A stretch of 64,000 nucleotides of DNA from Candidatus Magasanikiibacteriota bacterium. Lineage in GTDB: Bacteria; Patescibacteriota; Patescibacteriia; Magasanikbacterales; UBA922. The stretch is taken from assembly GCA_041674805.1 (NCBI GenBank), contig JBAYVA010000001.1, positions 198,612-262,611 on the forward strand, read 5' to 3'. Below, one piece after another: positions 27,301 to 37,406 of the stretch. The position numbers were made by a program, and so were the translations under genes. The notes beneath the pieces are model-generated. The model did not search any database. It was given only the letters and a program-made list of their open reading frames with translations, and was not told the origin of the DNA. The first letter of the stretch is position 1, and each line of letters begins with the position of its first letter.

Positions 27301-29244
27301 TTAGGCTTGTTGATATTTGAAAGATTTTTTCATAGCTTTCCAGAAAACTTCTTTATTGACACAATGTGGATTGCTACCATCACAATCTTTATTTTCTAAG
27401 ATATTGCCATATTTAGCAAAAGTATTTTTGTCTTCGTACATATATGGATCTTTTTGCAAGTTTGCTGTGACTGCTGCGTGAGCTTTGTCTACGTCACCAC
27501 CAGCTTTGCCTAATTCTTCTTCCATACCAAGATTGTAGGCACGGACAAGACCACGAAACTCAGCTGATTTGGCTTCTTTTTGGACTGTTTCAAGTGCTTC
27601 GCCAAGTATAGCTGCAGTTGGTGCTGAGGCAGGGGAATCGACAAGGTCTATTAGTTCTCCGAAAGCGGCTTTTTTGGCCTCGTCTGTTATTTTGTCAATG
27701 ATATCATCTTTTATTTGATCTTTTATGCGACCTGTTTCTCTATCGAAGTCTTGTTGCTCTTGGCTTAATCCTTTGTCTATAGCCGCTTGCCTTTCAAGCA
27801 TTCTTTCATAAAATAGCAATGATTCATCGTATTTCTTTTCTTTTTCTGTTGGATTAGAATTCCAGAATTTCAAATAATCTTTGGCATTGCCCAGTTTTTC
27901 ATTCCAACGAAGTTTTGCCATTTCTGTTGGATCCATATTTTCTATATCATTTTTTGGATCATTTTTGTAAGCGAGCATTTCACTAATAGCTTTATATTCT
28001 TTGTCACTAAGCTTTTCACCTTTATCACGCAAACTATCGTTTAGAGCTGTCAGTGAATTTTTGGTTTTCTCGTCTATTTTTCCGGTAGCGTAGTCTATAG
28101 CTGTTTGTTTGTTCATTGGGTCGGTGAGAGATTCGTATTCTTTTTTGTTTTTATCGTTGATTACTTCCATGTAATCTGCCTTGGTCTTTTCTAAACCGTC
28201 TAATTGTTTTTGTAAATCAGCGTCTGGATTGTCAGCCAATTCTTTTTTCAAAAATTCTATTTGTTCGTCTATTTCAATGACTTTTCCAGGATAGATAGAT
28301 GGTCCAACTTGTGAAATACAAGATGCTTTGTCAGCACCTGTTAAGGCGACACAACCAGAAGGGTTTTGAAATTTGACAGAGGTATTCAAAATACATTCTT
28401 CTTTGGTATAAGAGTAAAGTCCACCTTTTATTTTGTCACAAGCACCAAGGTCGCCAGTATTTTCAGCAATACGTAGATAACATTTGTCTTTTGGTGGGTT
28501 GGAACCAGAATCACTGAAATCTTCGCCTTTTATTTTTTCACAGGTATCGCCAGAGCCTCCTTGAATAGCAGCATTTTGCAAACAATGATCAGGATTGTCA
28601 AAGAAACTACAAGCCCATTCATTTATATTACTGACACAACCTGTAAGAAATAGGGGGGCTATCATGATAGTCGCAACTAAAGCAGATTTTTTGGCCATAG
28701 TTTTGCTTAGTACAGTTTTGACAATGATTATCAAAGTCCAAATAGCGAGTAACCAAAACAAAAATTTGGTGGTAGACAATAGTGGCACGCCGATATAATA
28801 AATCACGCCTCTACCAATGTCAGTATATTTATTTTCAAAATATACCAGTTGTCTAGCAAAAAAGTACCAAGGTAAAGTCATTAGTAAGGCAATAACTGGG
28901 AAAATTAGTTTGCAAGTTTTTAGTTTGGTTTTTTTCAAAATAAAATAAACAATGTAACCACCAAGCATAGAGATAAATCCTAGTGCCAGTCCAGCAAAAA
29001 TACTATACTTACTAAAAATTTTAGTTATACGAGCGTCGGTAATATCAGCGTATTTGATACTTGCCAAATCATAAGCAAAAAAATAAAAAAGACCGCCAAA
29101 CAGAATCAAAAATAAAAAAGGCATAAGAGCAGAATGTAGAAAACATTTCTTTGGCTTTTTTTCTTTCTTTATTTCGGGAATTTCTTCCACTTTTGAATCC
29201 TCTTTTGTTTCCTCTTGAATTGCTTCATTATTTTCTTCTTCCAT
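27301..29244 (-). CDS. Multi-TM protein with internal lipobox, Cys-rich repeats and helical C-terminal domain
   Basis: Four N-terminal TMs, then MAKKSALVATIMIAPLFLTGC; paired-Cys repeats (DHCL...TCEKIKG, DKCYL...ACDKIKG). Confidence 0.75.
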   Translation of the reverse strand: MEEENNEAIQEETKEDSKVEEIPEIKKEKKPKKCFLHSALMPFLFLILFGGLFYFFAYDLASIKYADITDARITKIFSKYSIFAGLALGFISMLGGYIVYFILKKTKLKTCKLIFPVIALLMTLPWYFFARQLVYFENKYTDIGRGVIYYIGVPLLSTTKFLFWLLAIWTLIIIVKTVLSKTMAKKSALVATIMIAPLFLTGCVSNINEWACSFFDNPDHCLQNAAIQGGSGDTCEKIKGEDFSDSGSNPPKDKCYLRIAENTGDLGACDKIKGGLYSYTKEECILNTSVKFQNPSGCVALTGADKASCISQVGPSIYPGKVIEIDEQIEFLKKELADNPDADLQKQLDGLEKTKADYMEVINDKNKKEYESLTDPMNKQTAIDYATGKIDEKTKNSLTALNDSLRDKGEKLSDKEYKAISEMLAYKNDPKNDIENMDPTEMAKLRWNEKLGNAKDYLKFWNSNPTEKEKKYDESLLFYERMLERQAAIDKGLSQEQQDFDRETGRIKDQIKDDIIDKITDEAKKAAFGELIDLVDSPASAPTAAILGEALETVQKEAKSAEFRGLVRAYNLGMEEELGKAGGDVDKAHAAVTANLQKDPYMYEDKNTFAKYGNILENKDCDGSNPHCVNKEVFWKAMKKSFKYQQA

Positions 29245-29428
29245 ATGATTTGGTTTAACTACCTTAGTGTAAAATAGGGTAGGGGTGAGTAAGTGATATA
29301 TATATTGCCTTTTGTTTTCTGAAAGAAAATCATTTTTCTATAAAATAAATTCATTTTTTCTCAATATTAGAGGGGGGCAAGAGGGGAAATTAAAGGGGGG
29401 TGAATTACAATTTTTCAACCCTTTTTAA

Positions 29429-30418
29429 CTAAACATTTAAAGCAAAAAGTTCGTCGAGAGTTTTTGACTGAGCGATTGCTCTTTGTGTTTTGATATGGTC
29501 TCCGTATTTTCTTTGAATTTTTTTCACTGTTTCAACAATACGGCCAGTTAATTGTCCATATTCATCGAAGGTCATTTTTTTAGCAGCTTTTTCAGAATAA
29601 TGTGCATAATAGTCATCTTCGCCTTTGCCACTCCAAATACTTGCTCGCATATCATCCCATAGCTTATCTGATCCTTCCTTATATCTTCCTTCAACAATAG
29701 TTTCCCAATAGTAAGCAAACACTTCTTCCAAAATGCCATCGTAGCCTTCTCGTCGGCCAAGATGCGGGTCTATTGTGTGTCTTATTTCGTGCCCGATATA
29801 CTTATTACCTGGTGCTGCAACTATTAGTTTTATTCTGGCTTTTTTACCGCTTTCAACTTCAATATCTAGGTCGGTAACAAAACCTCGTGTTGTAATTTCT
29901 CCATGGACATCAAAATCCGTTGAGCCAGTAAGTGCAATATAAAAATTTTTGAATGCTTCGTTGGTTCTAAATATAAAAACTGGCCTGTTGATTTCTCGAC
30001 CTGCTATTGTTGAGGCTGATTCGGATTTTGCAATTTTTAAATCAAGCTCATCAAGAAGTTCAATGTTTAAAGAACCTCGACCTGTATCGCTTAAACCGCT
30101 ATTCACAAGATTGATTAGTAACTCTTTGGTTTTATGCGAGCCTTGTTCTATTTCAATCTTGGAAAGAGTTGTCCATAATTTTTTGTAGGCTGCTTCTCTT
30201 TCTTCATCTATTAAAATTTCTGGATTTTTCAGCCCAAGTTTTTCTCGTATAGTGTCTATTTTTTTAGCATTTGTTGCTCTTATTACTTCTTCATGGCTTA
30301 TATTTTTGGCTCGAGCTTCTGACGATACTGTTTCTCTTGGTGGACTTTTAACTGTAGTTGGTTCATTTTTTCGAGGTTCTTCCGCCATTTTGTCCCAGTC
30401 TTCTTTTGTTTCTGCCAT
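29429..30418 (-). CDS. Hypothetical protein with HExxH motif
   Basis: 329-aa ORF; GHEIRH followed by LEEVFAY. Confidence 0.65.
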   Translation of the reverse strand: MAETKEDWDKMAEEPRKNEPTTVKSPPRETVSSEARAKNISHEEVIRATNAKKIDTIREKLGLKNPEILIDEEREAAYKKLWTTLSKIEIEQGSHKTKELLINLVNSGLSDTGRGSLNIELLDELDLKIAKSESASTIAGREINRPVFIFRTNEAFKNFYIALTGSTDFDVHGEITTRGFVTDLDIEVESGKKARIKLIVAAPGNKYIGHEIRHTIDPHLGRREGYDGILEEVFAYYWETIVEGRYKEGSDKLWDDMRASIWSGKGEDDYYAHYSEKAAKKMTFDEYGQLTGRIVETVKKIQRKYGDHIKTQRAIAQSKTLDELFALNV

Positions 30419-30701
30419 ATTATTGTTGTTTAATTTGTTAATTATATCTTAATTTAGGCTTAAATTCAATCAAAAAGCGTTTTTGGAGCAACTAAAGGGA
30501 GAGGAGAAAACACCATACAGAAAAGTGTAAGGGCGATAGCCTTAAAAGGAAAACATGCATTTTACATAACTGATATATAATCAGAATAACTCTTGATTTT
30601 ATCAATAAAATATAGTGTAATCAGACTATTTTTTATTCTAAATATATACCAAGATTTATAAAAATTATAACAAAAGAAATGAAATTAGGCAATTATAGTT
30701 T

Positions 30702-31082
30702 TCAATTTATTTCTTTTTTAAACCAATACTTTTCAATGATAATCACGATAGTAATTCCTATTGTATAAGTAAGTAAATCAATATAGGAAAATGAAGTTCC
30801 TAAAACAGTTTGGGCGATTTTTGATTTTTCTAGGTTTAATACTTTGATAATATTTATATATTGAAAAAATTCTATAGTGAAAGAAAAAGACAATACAAAT
30901 ATTGCAATATTCAAAACTGAAAATTTTAGAAAAGATTTCAGGAAACAATATATCAAAACAACAACTAACATATCGCCAAGATATGGTCTGATAAAATTGT
31001 CATGTACAAAAAGTGCAATCAAAATTTCGATTAAAAAAATAAAAATTGTAAGACTAAAGTATCTTTTATTGAATGTTAGCAT
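30702..31082 (-). CDS. DUF2809 family membrane protein
   Basis: FIRPYLGDML...IEFFQ...VLGTSFSYIDLLTY. Confidence 0.82.
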   Translation of the reverse strand: MLTFNKRYFSLTIFIFLIEILIALFVHDNFIRPYLGDMLVVVLIYCFLKSFLKFSVLNIAIFVLSFSFTIEFFQYINIIKVLNLEKSKIAQTVLGTSFSYIDLLTYTIGITIVIIIEKYWFKKEIN

Positions 31083-31120
31083 GGTGTTGGTTTGTGTAGT
31101 CGATATTTTAATATAGTTTT

Positions 31121-31516
31121 TTATTCTAGAATTTTAAATTCTTTTGTTTTTAGATTGTAAGAATAAGGTGTAGCGATTGTGTTTAAATCTCCAGCTGATT
31201 CTGGTGTGGCAAACTGCAGTTCATTACGAGTGTCATCGGTACCACGGTAGTAGACCTTGCCAATAAGGTTTTCCTTTGATATTTTTTCTTGATATAAATT
31301 ATATACTTTTGCACCTTCTGGATGCCGACCTCCACTAAGCCCCCATGATCCTTCTGTTAGCAAGAAGACCAAACCTTCATCAGTTTTTACTTCTTTAATT
31401 TGTTGTTCATCTCCAAAATCTTGTGAAAATATCGAGACAAAAAACAACATAATCCCAATTAGGATAAACACTCCTGAAAGCAGAAGGATGATTTTAGAAG
31501 TTTTATTTATTTTCAT
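31121..31516 (-). CDS. Hypothetical membrane-anchored protein
   Basis: 131-aa ORF with N-terminal TM. Confidence 0.65.
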   Translation of the reverse strand: MKINKTSKIILLLSGVFILIGIMLFFVSIFSQDFGDEQQIKEVKTDEGLVFLLTEGSWGLSGGRHPEGAKVYNLYQEKISKENLIGKVYYRGTDDTRNELQFATPESAGDLNTIATPYSYNLKTKEFKILE

Positions 31517-31672
31517 AAAAAATAATATTATTTTAACACTAAAATTATAGCAAAACTCCCTGATTTAAGCAATTATGATTAGTAGATAGAAAATATTGTA
31601 TCTTAGCTTATACACCCTGTACAAAAAGCATTTTTTCTGTTAATATAAATTTTCTCAATTGTAAATATTAGT

Positions 31673-32611
31673 ATGATATTTGATGATAGAACAAAACCAA
31701 TTCTAGCACTTGCCCCAATGGCTGACATGACGGACTGGGCTTTTGGGCAGATTTGTCGCCAGGTGGCTGGAGACGATTTTGTGATATTTCGAGAAATGGT
31801 CAGTTCAGAAGCGATTGTGAGAACAAATGAAAAAACTTTGAGAATGTGTAAATTTGATAGCAATGAACATCCTATAATTCAGCAAGTTTTTGGGGCTTAT
31901 CCTGAAGTCGTGGTCAATGCTGTCAAACTAATTGTCACAAATTACAAACCAGATGGCATTGACGTCAACATGGGTTGTCCTGTGCCGAAAATTGCTGGGA
32001 AAGCCGATTGTGGCGCTGCTCTGCTAAAAGACCCACAAAGGGCTTATGAGATTGTAAAAGCTCTAAAAAACGCAAATTTGGGCGTCACAATAAGTATCAA
32101 AACTAGATTGGGTTGGACTGAAAATGATGATATTTTGACTTTTGCGCCATTGATGGAAAGTGCTGGGGCTGATTTCATTTCTATACATGGTCGTACCAAA
32201 CAAGAAGGTTATACTGGCACAGCTGATTGGGAAAAAATTGCGCAAGTAAAAAAACTTGTTTCTATACCAGTCTTTGCTAATGGTGACGTCAAGAATCAAG
32301 CAGATATCAAACGTTGTCTGGAAATCACTGGAGCCGATGGAATTATGATTGGTAGGGGAGCGCTCGGTAATCCTTGGATTTTCAAAGGTCTGGATAGAGA
32401 AGATGTACCAAGAGATGAATTGAAACGTGTCGTGATAGCACATGCCAGACTTCATATAGAACATTATGGTGAGAGGTCTATTACCACTTTTAGAAAACAT
32501 TTAGCTTATTATTTCAAAGGTGTGGCTGGAACAAAGGATCTTAGAAGTGAACTGGTCAGAGTAACTACTTTGGAAGAATTGGAAAATATTATAAAAAAAA
32601 TCCCTGGTTAA
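31673..32611 (+). CDS. dusB: tRNA-dihydrouridine synthase
   Basis: LAPMA, DVNMGCP, IHGRT, ANGDV and MIGRGALGNPW motifs. Confidence 0.9.
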   Translation: MIFDDRTKPILALAPMADMTDWAFGQICRQVAGDDFVIFREMVSSEAIVRTNEKTLRMCKFDSNEHPIIQQVFGAYPEVVVNAVKLIVTNYKPDGIDVNMGCPVPKIAGKADCGAALLKDPQRAYEIVKALKNANLGVTISIKTRLGWTENDDILTFAPLMESAGADFISIHGRTKQEGYTGTADWEKIAQVKKLVSIPVFANGDVKNQADIKRCLEITGADGIMIGRGALGNPWIFKGLDREDVPRDELKRVVIAHARLHIEHYGERSITTFRKHLAYYFKGVAGTKDLRSELVRVTTLEELENIIKKIPG

Positions 32612-32627
32612 GGGATTTTTTTAGTAT

Positions 32628-33158
32628 TTATTTTTCTTCTGGAAAAATTTCTCCAGGAAATTCTTGTTCTATTTTGTTTAGTAATTCCTCAGCATTTATT
32701 CCTTGTATTTTTTGATATAAATATCTTCTTCCCAGATATGTCTGTAAAAAAATTTCATCTGCAATTTGTACGATTGTGTATTTATCTATTGTTTTAGATA
32801 TTATTCTTGGATTTTCGCTTATTTGTGAATATTTTAGTAATAAATAAGGTTTTAAAAGTGTAAGAATTCTTTGCATTTTGTCTTGTGTTTCTGGAGAAAT
32901 TTTATAAGCTTTTGCTTGTTCTTCACTTTCATGTGCTGCTGTTCTGTCGTGAAGGTCTTTTACTGAGTTTCTTGTGTTTTCTAAAGTTTCTAGTTCTCTT
33001 GGAGTTAATTCTGAAGCAGCTTTTATTTCTGTTTCTGTTCTGTCGTGAAGGTCTTTTATTGTGTGTCTTGTTCTTTCTAGAGTGTCTTGTTCTCTTGGTG
33101 TTAATTTTAAAGCAGCTTTTATTGCATCTGAATCTGTTTCTCCTGGTCTATATATCAT
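32628..33158 (-). CDS. Hypothetical protein with a 32-aa internal tandem duplication
   Basis: LTPREQDTLERTRHTIKDLHDRT / LTPRELETLENTRNSVKDLHDRT; 96-bp DNA period. Confidence 0.7.
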   Translation of the reverse strand: MIYRPGETDSDAIKAALKLTPREQDTLERTRHTIKDLHDRTETEIKAASELTPRELETLENTRNSVKDLHDRTAAHESEEQAKAYKISPETQDKMQRILTLLKPYLLLKYSQISENPRIISKTIDKYTIVQIADEIFLQTYLGRRYLYQKIQGINAEELLNKIEQEFPGEIFPEEK

Positions 33159-33192
33159 ATTATTAAAAATTTAAAATTTATTGTTTTTGATA

Positions 33193-33648
33193 TTATTGAT
33201 TTTTAAGTGCTTTTAATTTTGATGAGTTTTCTATTTGTCTAAATCTAGTTGCAATCGATTCTTTTAAGCTGTTTAAATCAATATTCTCGACATTTAAAAT
33301 ACCTTCACCAGTAGTATCACATAAAAATGACATTTCTCTTGGTTTTATTTTCCAAACAGAATTTGTTGAATCTATAAATAAAATACAAATTTGATTATTT
33401 ATGGTAGTTCTTATTAAGTGGCCTTCTATACCATATTTTTTAAAAGTTTCATTTTCACTAACTGAAACTTTATTTTTGATATCTATGTTCTTAAAAGTTT
33501 CTTTGATTTTATCAAAATCAATTTCTGTTGGTGATCCTTTAGAAAACAACTCTGAAAGAAAAAAATCACGTATTTTTCTTTGTACCTCTTCTTTTTGTTG
33601 ATTATCTGGACTATTTTCTAGTCTAGAAGCTGGATCTGTTTCCGGCAT
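33193..33648 (-). CDS. Hypothetical protein
   Basis: 151-aa ORF co-oriented with neighbours; no recognised motif. Confidence 0.6.
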   Translation of the reverse strand: MPETDPASRLENSPDNQQKEEVQRKIRDFFLSELFSKGSPTEIDFDKIKETFKNIDIKNKVSVSENETFKKYGIEGHLIRTTINNQICILFIDSTNSVWKIKPREMSFLCDTTGEGILNVENIDLNSLKESIATRFRQIENSSKLKALKNQ

Positions 33649-33780
33649 AGTATTTATATTATTTAAATCTTAATTTAAAAATAATTAAAAAGAATTATAT
33701 GATATCTTTTTTACTAAGTTTTGATTTTTCCTCTCTTTTGTCAATAAATGTAACAGGAATTTTGGTGATTGTAAAGTTGA

Positions 33781-34608
33781 CTATTTTTTCTTCGCACAAG
33801 TTAGCAAATTTCTCATTAGTAGTGAAACAGTAATAGGTCCTACACCACCTGGAGTCGGTGTAATATAGCTAGATTTTTTGACAGCTTCTTCGAAATTAAC
33901 ATCACCATACATTTTGTTGTTTGCAAAAGCAATACCAGTATCTATAATAATTACATTTTTCTTTAGCATGTTTTTGCGTATCAAATCTTTTTTGCCAACA
34001 GCGGATATTATGACGTCAGATTTTTTGAGGATTTTTTTCAAATCTTTAGTATGTTCGTTGCAAGTTGTGACTGTCGCTTGTTTATTCAAAAGCATTATGG
34101 AAAGTGGTTTGCCGACGAGTGCTCCTGCACCAACTATAGTAATATTTTTTCCTTTGACATCAAGATTTATTGATTTGAAAATTTCAAGTACTGCTTGAGG
34201 AGTTGGGGGACTGAAGTCAGCTGTTTTCATGACTAGTTTACCAATATTGGTGTTAGTCAGACAATCGACGTCAATATCTGGGTTCACCGCATCTAGAACT
34301 TCTGGTGTAAACAAAGGTTCTGGTAGTGGAAGCTGGACTATCATACCTCGGATGTTCTTTTCTTTTTTCTGAATATCTTTGATATTTTTTACCAATTTTT
34401 CTTTTTCAATATCAGCAGGAAAACTGTAGATTTCAAAATCAATGCCAGCATATTTGGCAGCTTCTTGTTTTCTTCGTACATAAGTTTGAGATGGTTTGTC
34501 ATCCCCAACAAAAATAACAGCCAGTTTTGGTTTGAAGTCTAATTTATTTATTTCTAGTTTTACTTCGTCTAAAATAGTTTGTGCTATTTTTTTGCCATCA
34601 ATTATCAT
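33781..34608 (-). CDS. folD: Bifunctional methylene-THF dehydrogenase/cyclohydrolase
   Basis: IIDGKKIA, SQTYVRRK, VQLPLP, DVDCL, GDV and ITPTPGGVGPITV motifs. Confidence 0.95.
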   Translation of the reverse strand: MIIDGKKIAQTILDEVKLEINKLDFKPKLAVIFVGDDKPSQTYVRRKQEAAKYAGIDFEIYSFPADIEKEKLVKNIKDIQKKEKNIRGMIVQLPLPEPLFTPEVLDAVNPDIDVDCLTNTNIGKLVMKTADFSPPTPQAVLEIFKSINLDVKGKNITIVGAGALVGKPLSIMLLNKQATVTTCNEHTKDLKKILKKSDVIISAVGKKDLIRKNMLKKNVIIIDTGIAFANNKMYGDVNFEEAVKKSSYITPTPGGVGPITVSLLMRNLLTCAKKK

Positions 34609-34667
34609 ATAAACGCTGATTTATTAGGATTTATACGCGGATTTTTTCTGTGTCTATACGCGTTTCT

Positions 34668-35981
34668 TTAACCGAGAGTAAATTTTTCAAAATATATTTT
34701 ACTTTTTTGGATTCCAAGTTTTTTCAGTGCTTTGGTAACAATTTTCAGCATAGGTTTTGGTCCGCAAATGTAGAAATCTCTTTCTAAATAGTCTGGTACA
34801 TATTTTTTTATTTTTTCTTCGTCCATATAGCCATGTTCATCTACGCCGTTGTCTTCTTTACTCAAGACGTGAACCATTTTTACATTTTTTTCAGAAAATT
34901 GTTTTTGTTCTTTTTGAAAGATAGCATCTTGTGTAGTGTGGTGACAATTGAAAACAATAGATTCATAATTTTCATCTAGTGATTTCAAGATAGACTGTAT
35001 TGGTGTAATACCAACACCTCCAGCGATGAAGGCTAGCTTTTTGTTGTTTGTTCTTTTGGTTGTAAATATGCCGTGAGGACCATCGATGACAACTTTTGTT
35101 CCTACTTTTATATTTGCAATATCAGAAGTGAAGTCTCCTAAATTTTTTATAGTAACACGTAAAAGTTTGTCTTGAGGACTTGAAGAAAAAGAAAAAGGAT
35201 GTGCTTGTAAAAAACGTTTTTTGTCCAAGAAACGCCAAATAGCAAATTGTCCTGCTGTGTATTTGAAATTTTCTAAGTTTTTTCCAGAGATATATATAGA
35301 AATTGTTCCATTTAGTTCTGTTTCTATTTTATTTATTTCAAATTGATGTTTGTAAAAAGAATAAGCTGGCAAGAAAAAACGATAAAAAAATAAATTTACA
35401 AAAGTAAAAGTATAAAGCAAAAACCAATAAGCTTGAAAGACTATATTTTTATAAAAATCGCCGCCTATTTCCATTTGGTGTTCAAAAGCCAATAATATTG
35501 CTAAATAAGAAAACAAGTGTACTAGATACCAGGTTTCGTATTTTAATTTTTTGAAAACAATGACTAGGGAAGATACAAAAACAAAAGTAAATATGAAGAC
35601 AGAAACAATTGCAGGAAGAAGTTCCCAATATTTGATGAAATTTAGTGTTTGTTCTAGAAAAGATATTTGACCACCAATAGCATAGCCAAAAATTACAAAA
35701 AAACCGTGAGCAAAAACAAAAAATATAGTCAAAAATGCAGAAAGGCGATGTGCATAAGACAATTTGTCGAAACCATAACTTTTTTCAATCCATTTTGTAC
35801 GACCAATAAGTAAAAGTTGGATCAAAACAAAAAAGACAGATAATAAGCCAGTAATTCTAGCGACAGAAATAAAAGCTTCTGACTGGTTATCAAAAAGCAT
35901 CGTACCAGAATTAGCCCACCAAAAATAGCAAATAATTCCAAGATTTAGTAACAAAAATAGATTTAATAATGTTTTTTTCAT
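34668..35981 (-). CDS. Ferric reductase-like transmembrane flavocytochrome (TM + FAD + NAD domains)
   Basis: His-bearing TMs; AHPFSFSS, DGPHG, AGGVGITP, YICGP and FEKF motifs. Confidence 0.88.
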   Translation of the reverse strand: MKKTLLNLFLLLNLGIICYFWWANSGTMLFDNQSEAFISVARITGLLSVFFVLIQLLLIGRTKWIEKSYGFDKLSYAHRLSAFLTIFFVFAHGFFVIFGYAIGGQISFLEQTLNFIKYWELLPAIVSVFIFTFVFVSSLVIVFKKLKYETWYLVHLFSYLAILLAFEHQMEIGGDFYKNIVFQAYWFLLYTFTFVNLFFYRFFLPAYSFYKHQFEINKIETELNGTISIYISGKNLENFKYTAGQFAIWRFLDKKRFLQAHPFSFSSSPQDKLLRVTIKNLGDFTSDIANIKVGTKVVIDGPHGIFTTKRTNNKKLAFIAGGVGITPIQSILKSLDENYESIVFNCHHTTQDAIFQKEQKQFSEKNVKMVHVLSKEDNGVDEHGYMDEEKIKKYVPDYLERDFYICGPKPMLKIVTKALKKLGIQKSKIYFEKFTLG

Positions 35982-36082
35982 AGTTTAATTGCAATAAAGT
36001 GTTTAATTACGGACCTATTATATACTTTCTAGGCTAAAATATCAAGTATAATTTTAAATAAACTTATTTTTTTAACTATAAT

Positions 36083-37294
36083 TTAGAGTCTATTATTCTT
36101 ACAAATATCTTGATAATAGATAGCCGAAGGTCGGGGACTGCGTTTGAAATTTTGGAAATCTACCTCGTAGAGTCCAAAATGAGGATGAAAGCCTTCTGCC
36201 CATTCAAAATTGTCGATGAGAGACCAATGAAAATAGCCTTTTAAATCTACACCATCTGCAATAGCTTGATGCATATTTTTGATTATTTCTCCTATATACC
36301 AAGAACGATGTTGATCACCTCTGTCAGCTAAGCCATTTTCGGTGATGTAAATTGGTTTATTGTATTTTTTCAAATCTTTTAGCAAATGATAAATGCCTTC
36401 GGGATGAAGACCCCAGCCTAAGTCAGAAAATTTTTCATATTTGTGATCAGAGACAAAACCATAATTTATTTTGCTGTGAAAATAATAATTGAGGCCGATG
36501 AAATCTTGTTTGTCTTTTATTTTATTTAAGAAACGAAAATTCCACCACCAATCAGCTGTTAGTTTCAATAATTTGTTTACAAATTTGTTTTGATAAGCTT
36601 CAAAGTAAATATTTTGTTTGGCTATACCTATTTGGCAATTGGGATCAAGTTTTTTGATAGTATCATAAATTGTCTTGTGTGCTTTTATTAAATTATTTAC
36701 TACTAAATAATATTTTAAAGGACTTTTTTCTTGTGGAGGCCAGACACCAGTTAGATAACTATTAGCAGCATAAACCATTGGTTCATTGAGCGTAATCCAA
36801 AAGTTTACTTCAGGATTTAAATATTTTACAACGTGTTCTACAAATTCGTTGAAATGTTTGATTATTTTTTTCGAAGTCCAACCACCTTCAGCTTTTGCCC
36901 AAAGGGGGATTGGCCAGTGCCAGAGTGTGACAAAAGGTTCAATATTGTGAGCACGAAGTTTTTTTAGTAAATTCAAATAATATTCTAAAGCTTTTTCATC
37001 AAATTTACCTTTTTCTGGTTCGATTCTTGACCAATCAATTGAAAAACGATAAGAATTGGCATTTAGTTCTTTTAAACAATTGATATCTGCATTGTTGTCT
37101 TCAAAAGAATTAGCTGCTTGTCCAGAAATAAAATCAAAAGGATTAAGATTTTTGTTTTTGAGTTCTTTTATTCTATTTTCAGATTTTTCCCATTCTGTCC
37201 AATCATTATTTAATCCACCTTCTATTTGGTGAGCAGAAGTAGAACAACCCCAAAAAAAATCTTTGGGAAATTTTAGTTCATTTTTATTAGGCAT
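36083..37294 (-). CDS. Glycoside hydrolase family 1 (beta-glucosidase)
   Basis: FFWGCSTSAHQIEG, TLNEP and ITENG catalytic Glu motifs, WSLIDNFEW. Confidence 0.92.
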   Translation of the reverse strand: MPNKNELKFPKDFFWGCSTSAHQIEGGLNNDWTEWEKSENRIKELKNKNLNPFDFISGQAANSFEDNNADINCLKELNANSYRFSIDWSRIEPEKGKFDEKALEYYLNLLKKLRAHNIEPFVTLWHWPIPLWAKAEGGWTSKKIIKHFNEFVEHVVKYLNPEVNFWITLNEPMVYAANSYLTGVWPPQEKSPLKYYLVVNNLIKAHKTIYDTIKKLDPNCQIGIAKQNIYFEAYQNKFVNKLLKLTADWWWNFRFLNKIKDKQDFIGLNYYFHSKINYGFVSDHKYEKFSDLGWGLHPEGIYHLLKDLKKYNKPIYITENGLADRGDQHRSWYIGEIIKNMHQAIADGVDLKGYFHWSLIDNFEWAEGFHPHFGLYEVDFQNFKRSPRPSAIYYQDICKNNRL

Positions 37295-37406
37295 AGTATT
37301 TTGTTTATAGATTATATTTTACTGCAAAAGACGCAATTAGTAAATAATTTATTTTTTAAACAAAAACATCGTCTGTTAGGACGATGTTTTTGATTATACA
37401 AAATAT

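Noticed and set aside
29370-29402. G-rich tract as a G-quadruplex or regulatory element
   Set aside because: Only three G-runs and no recurrence in the window; too little support.
30555-30600. Second attI-like site (CATAAC-TGATATATAATCAG) before the 329-aa gene
   Set aside because: A GTTATGT core is present, but I found no matching inverse core or attC after the gene.
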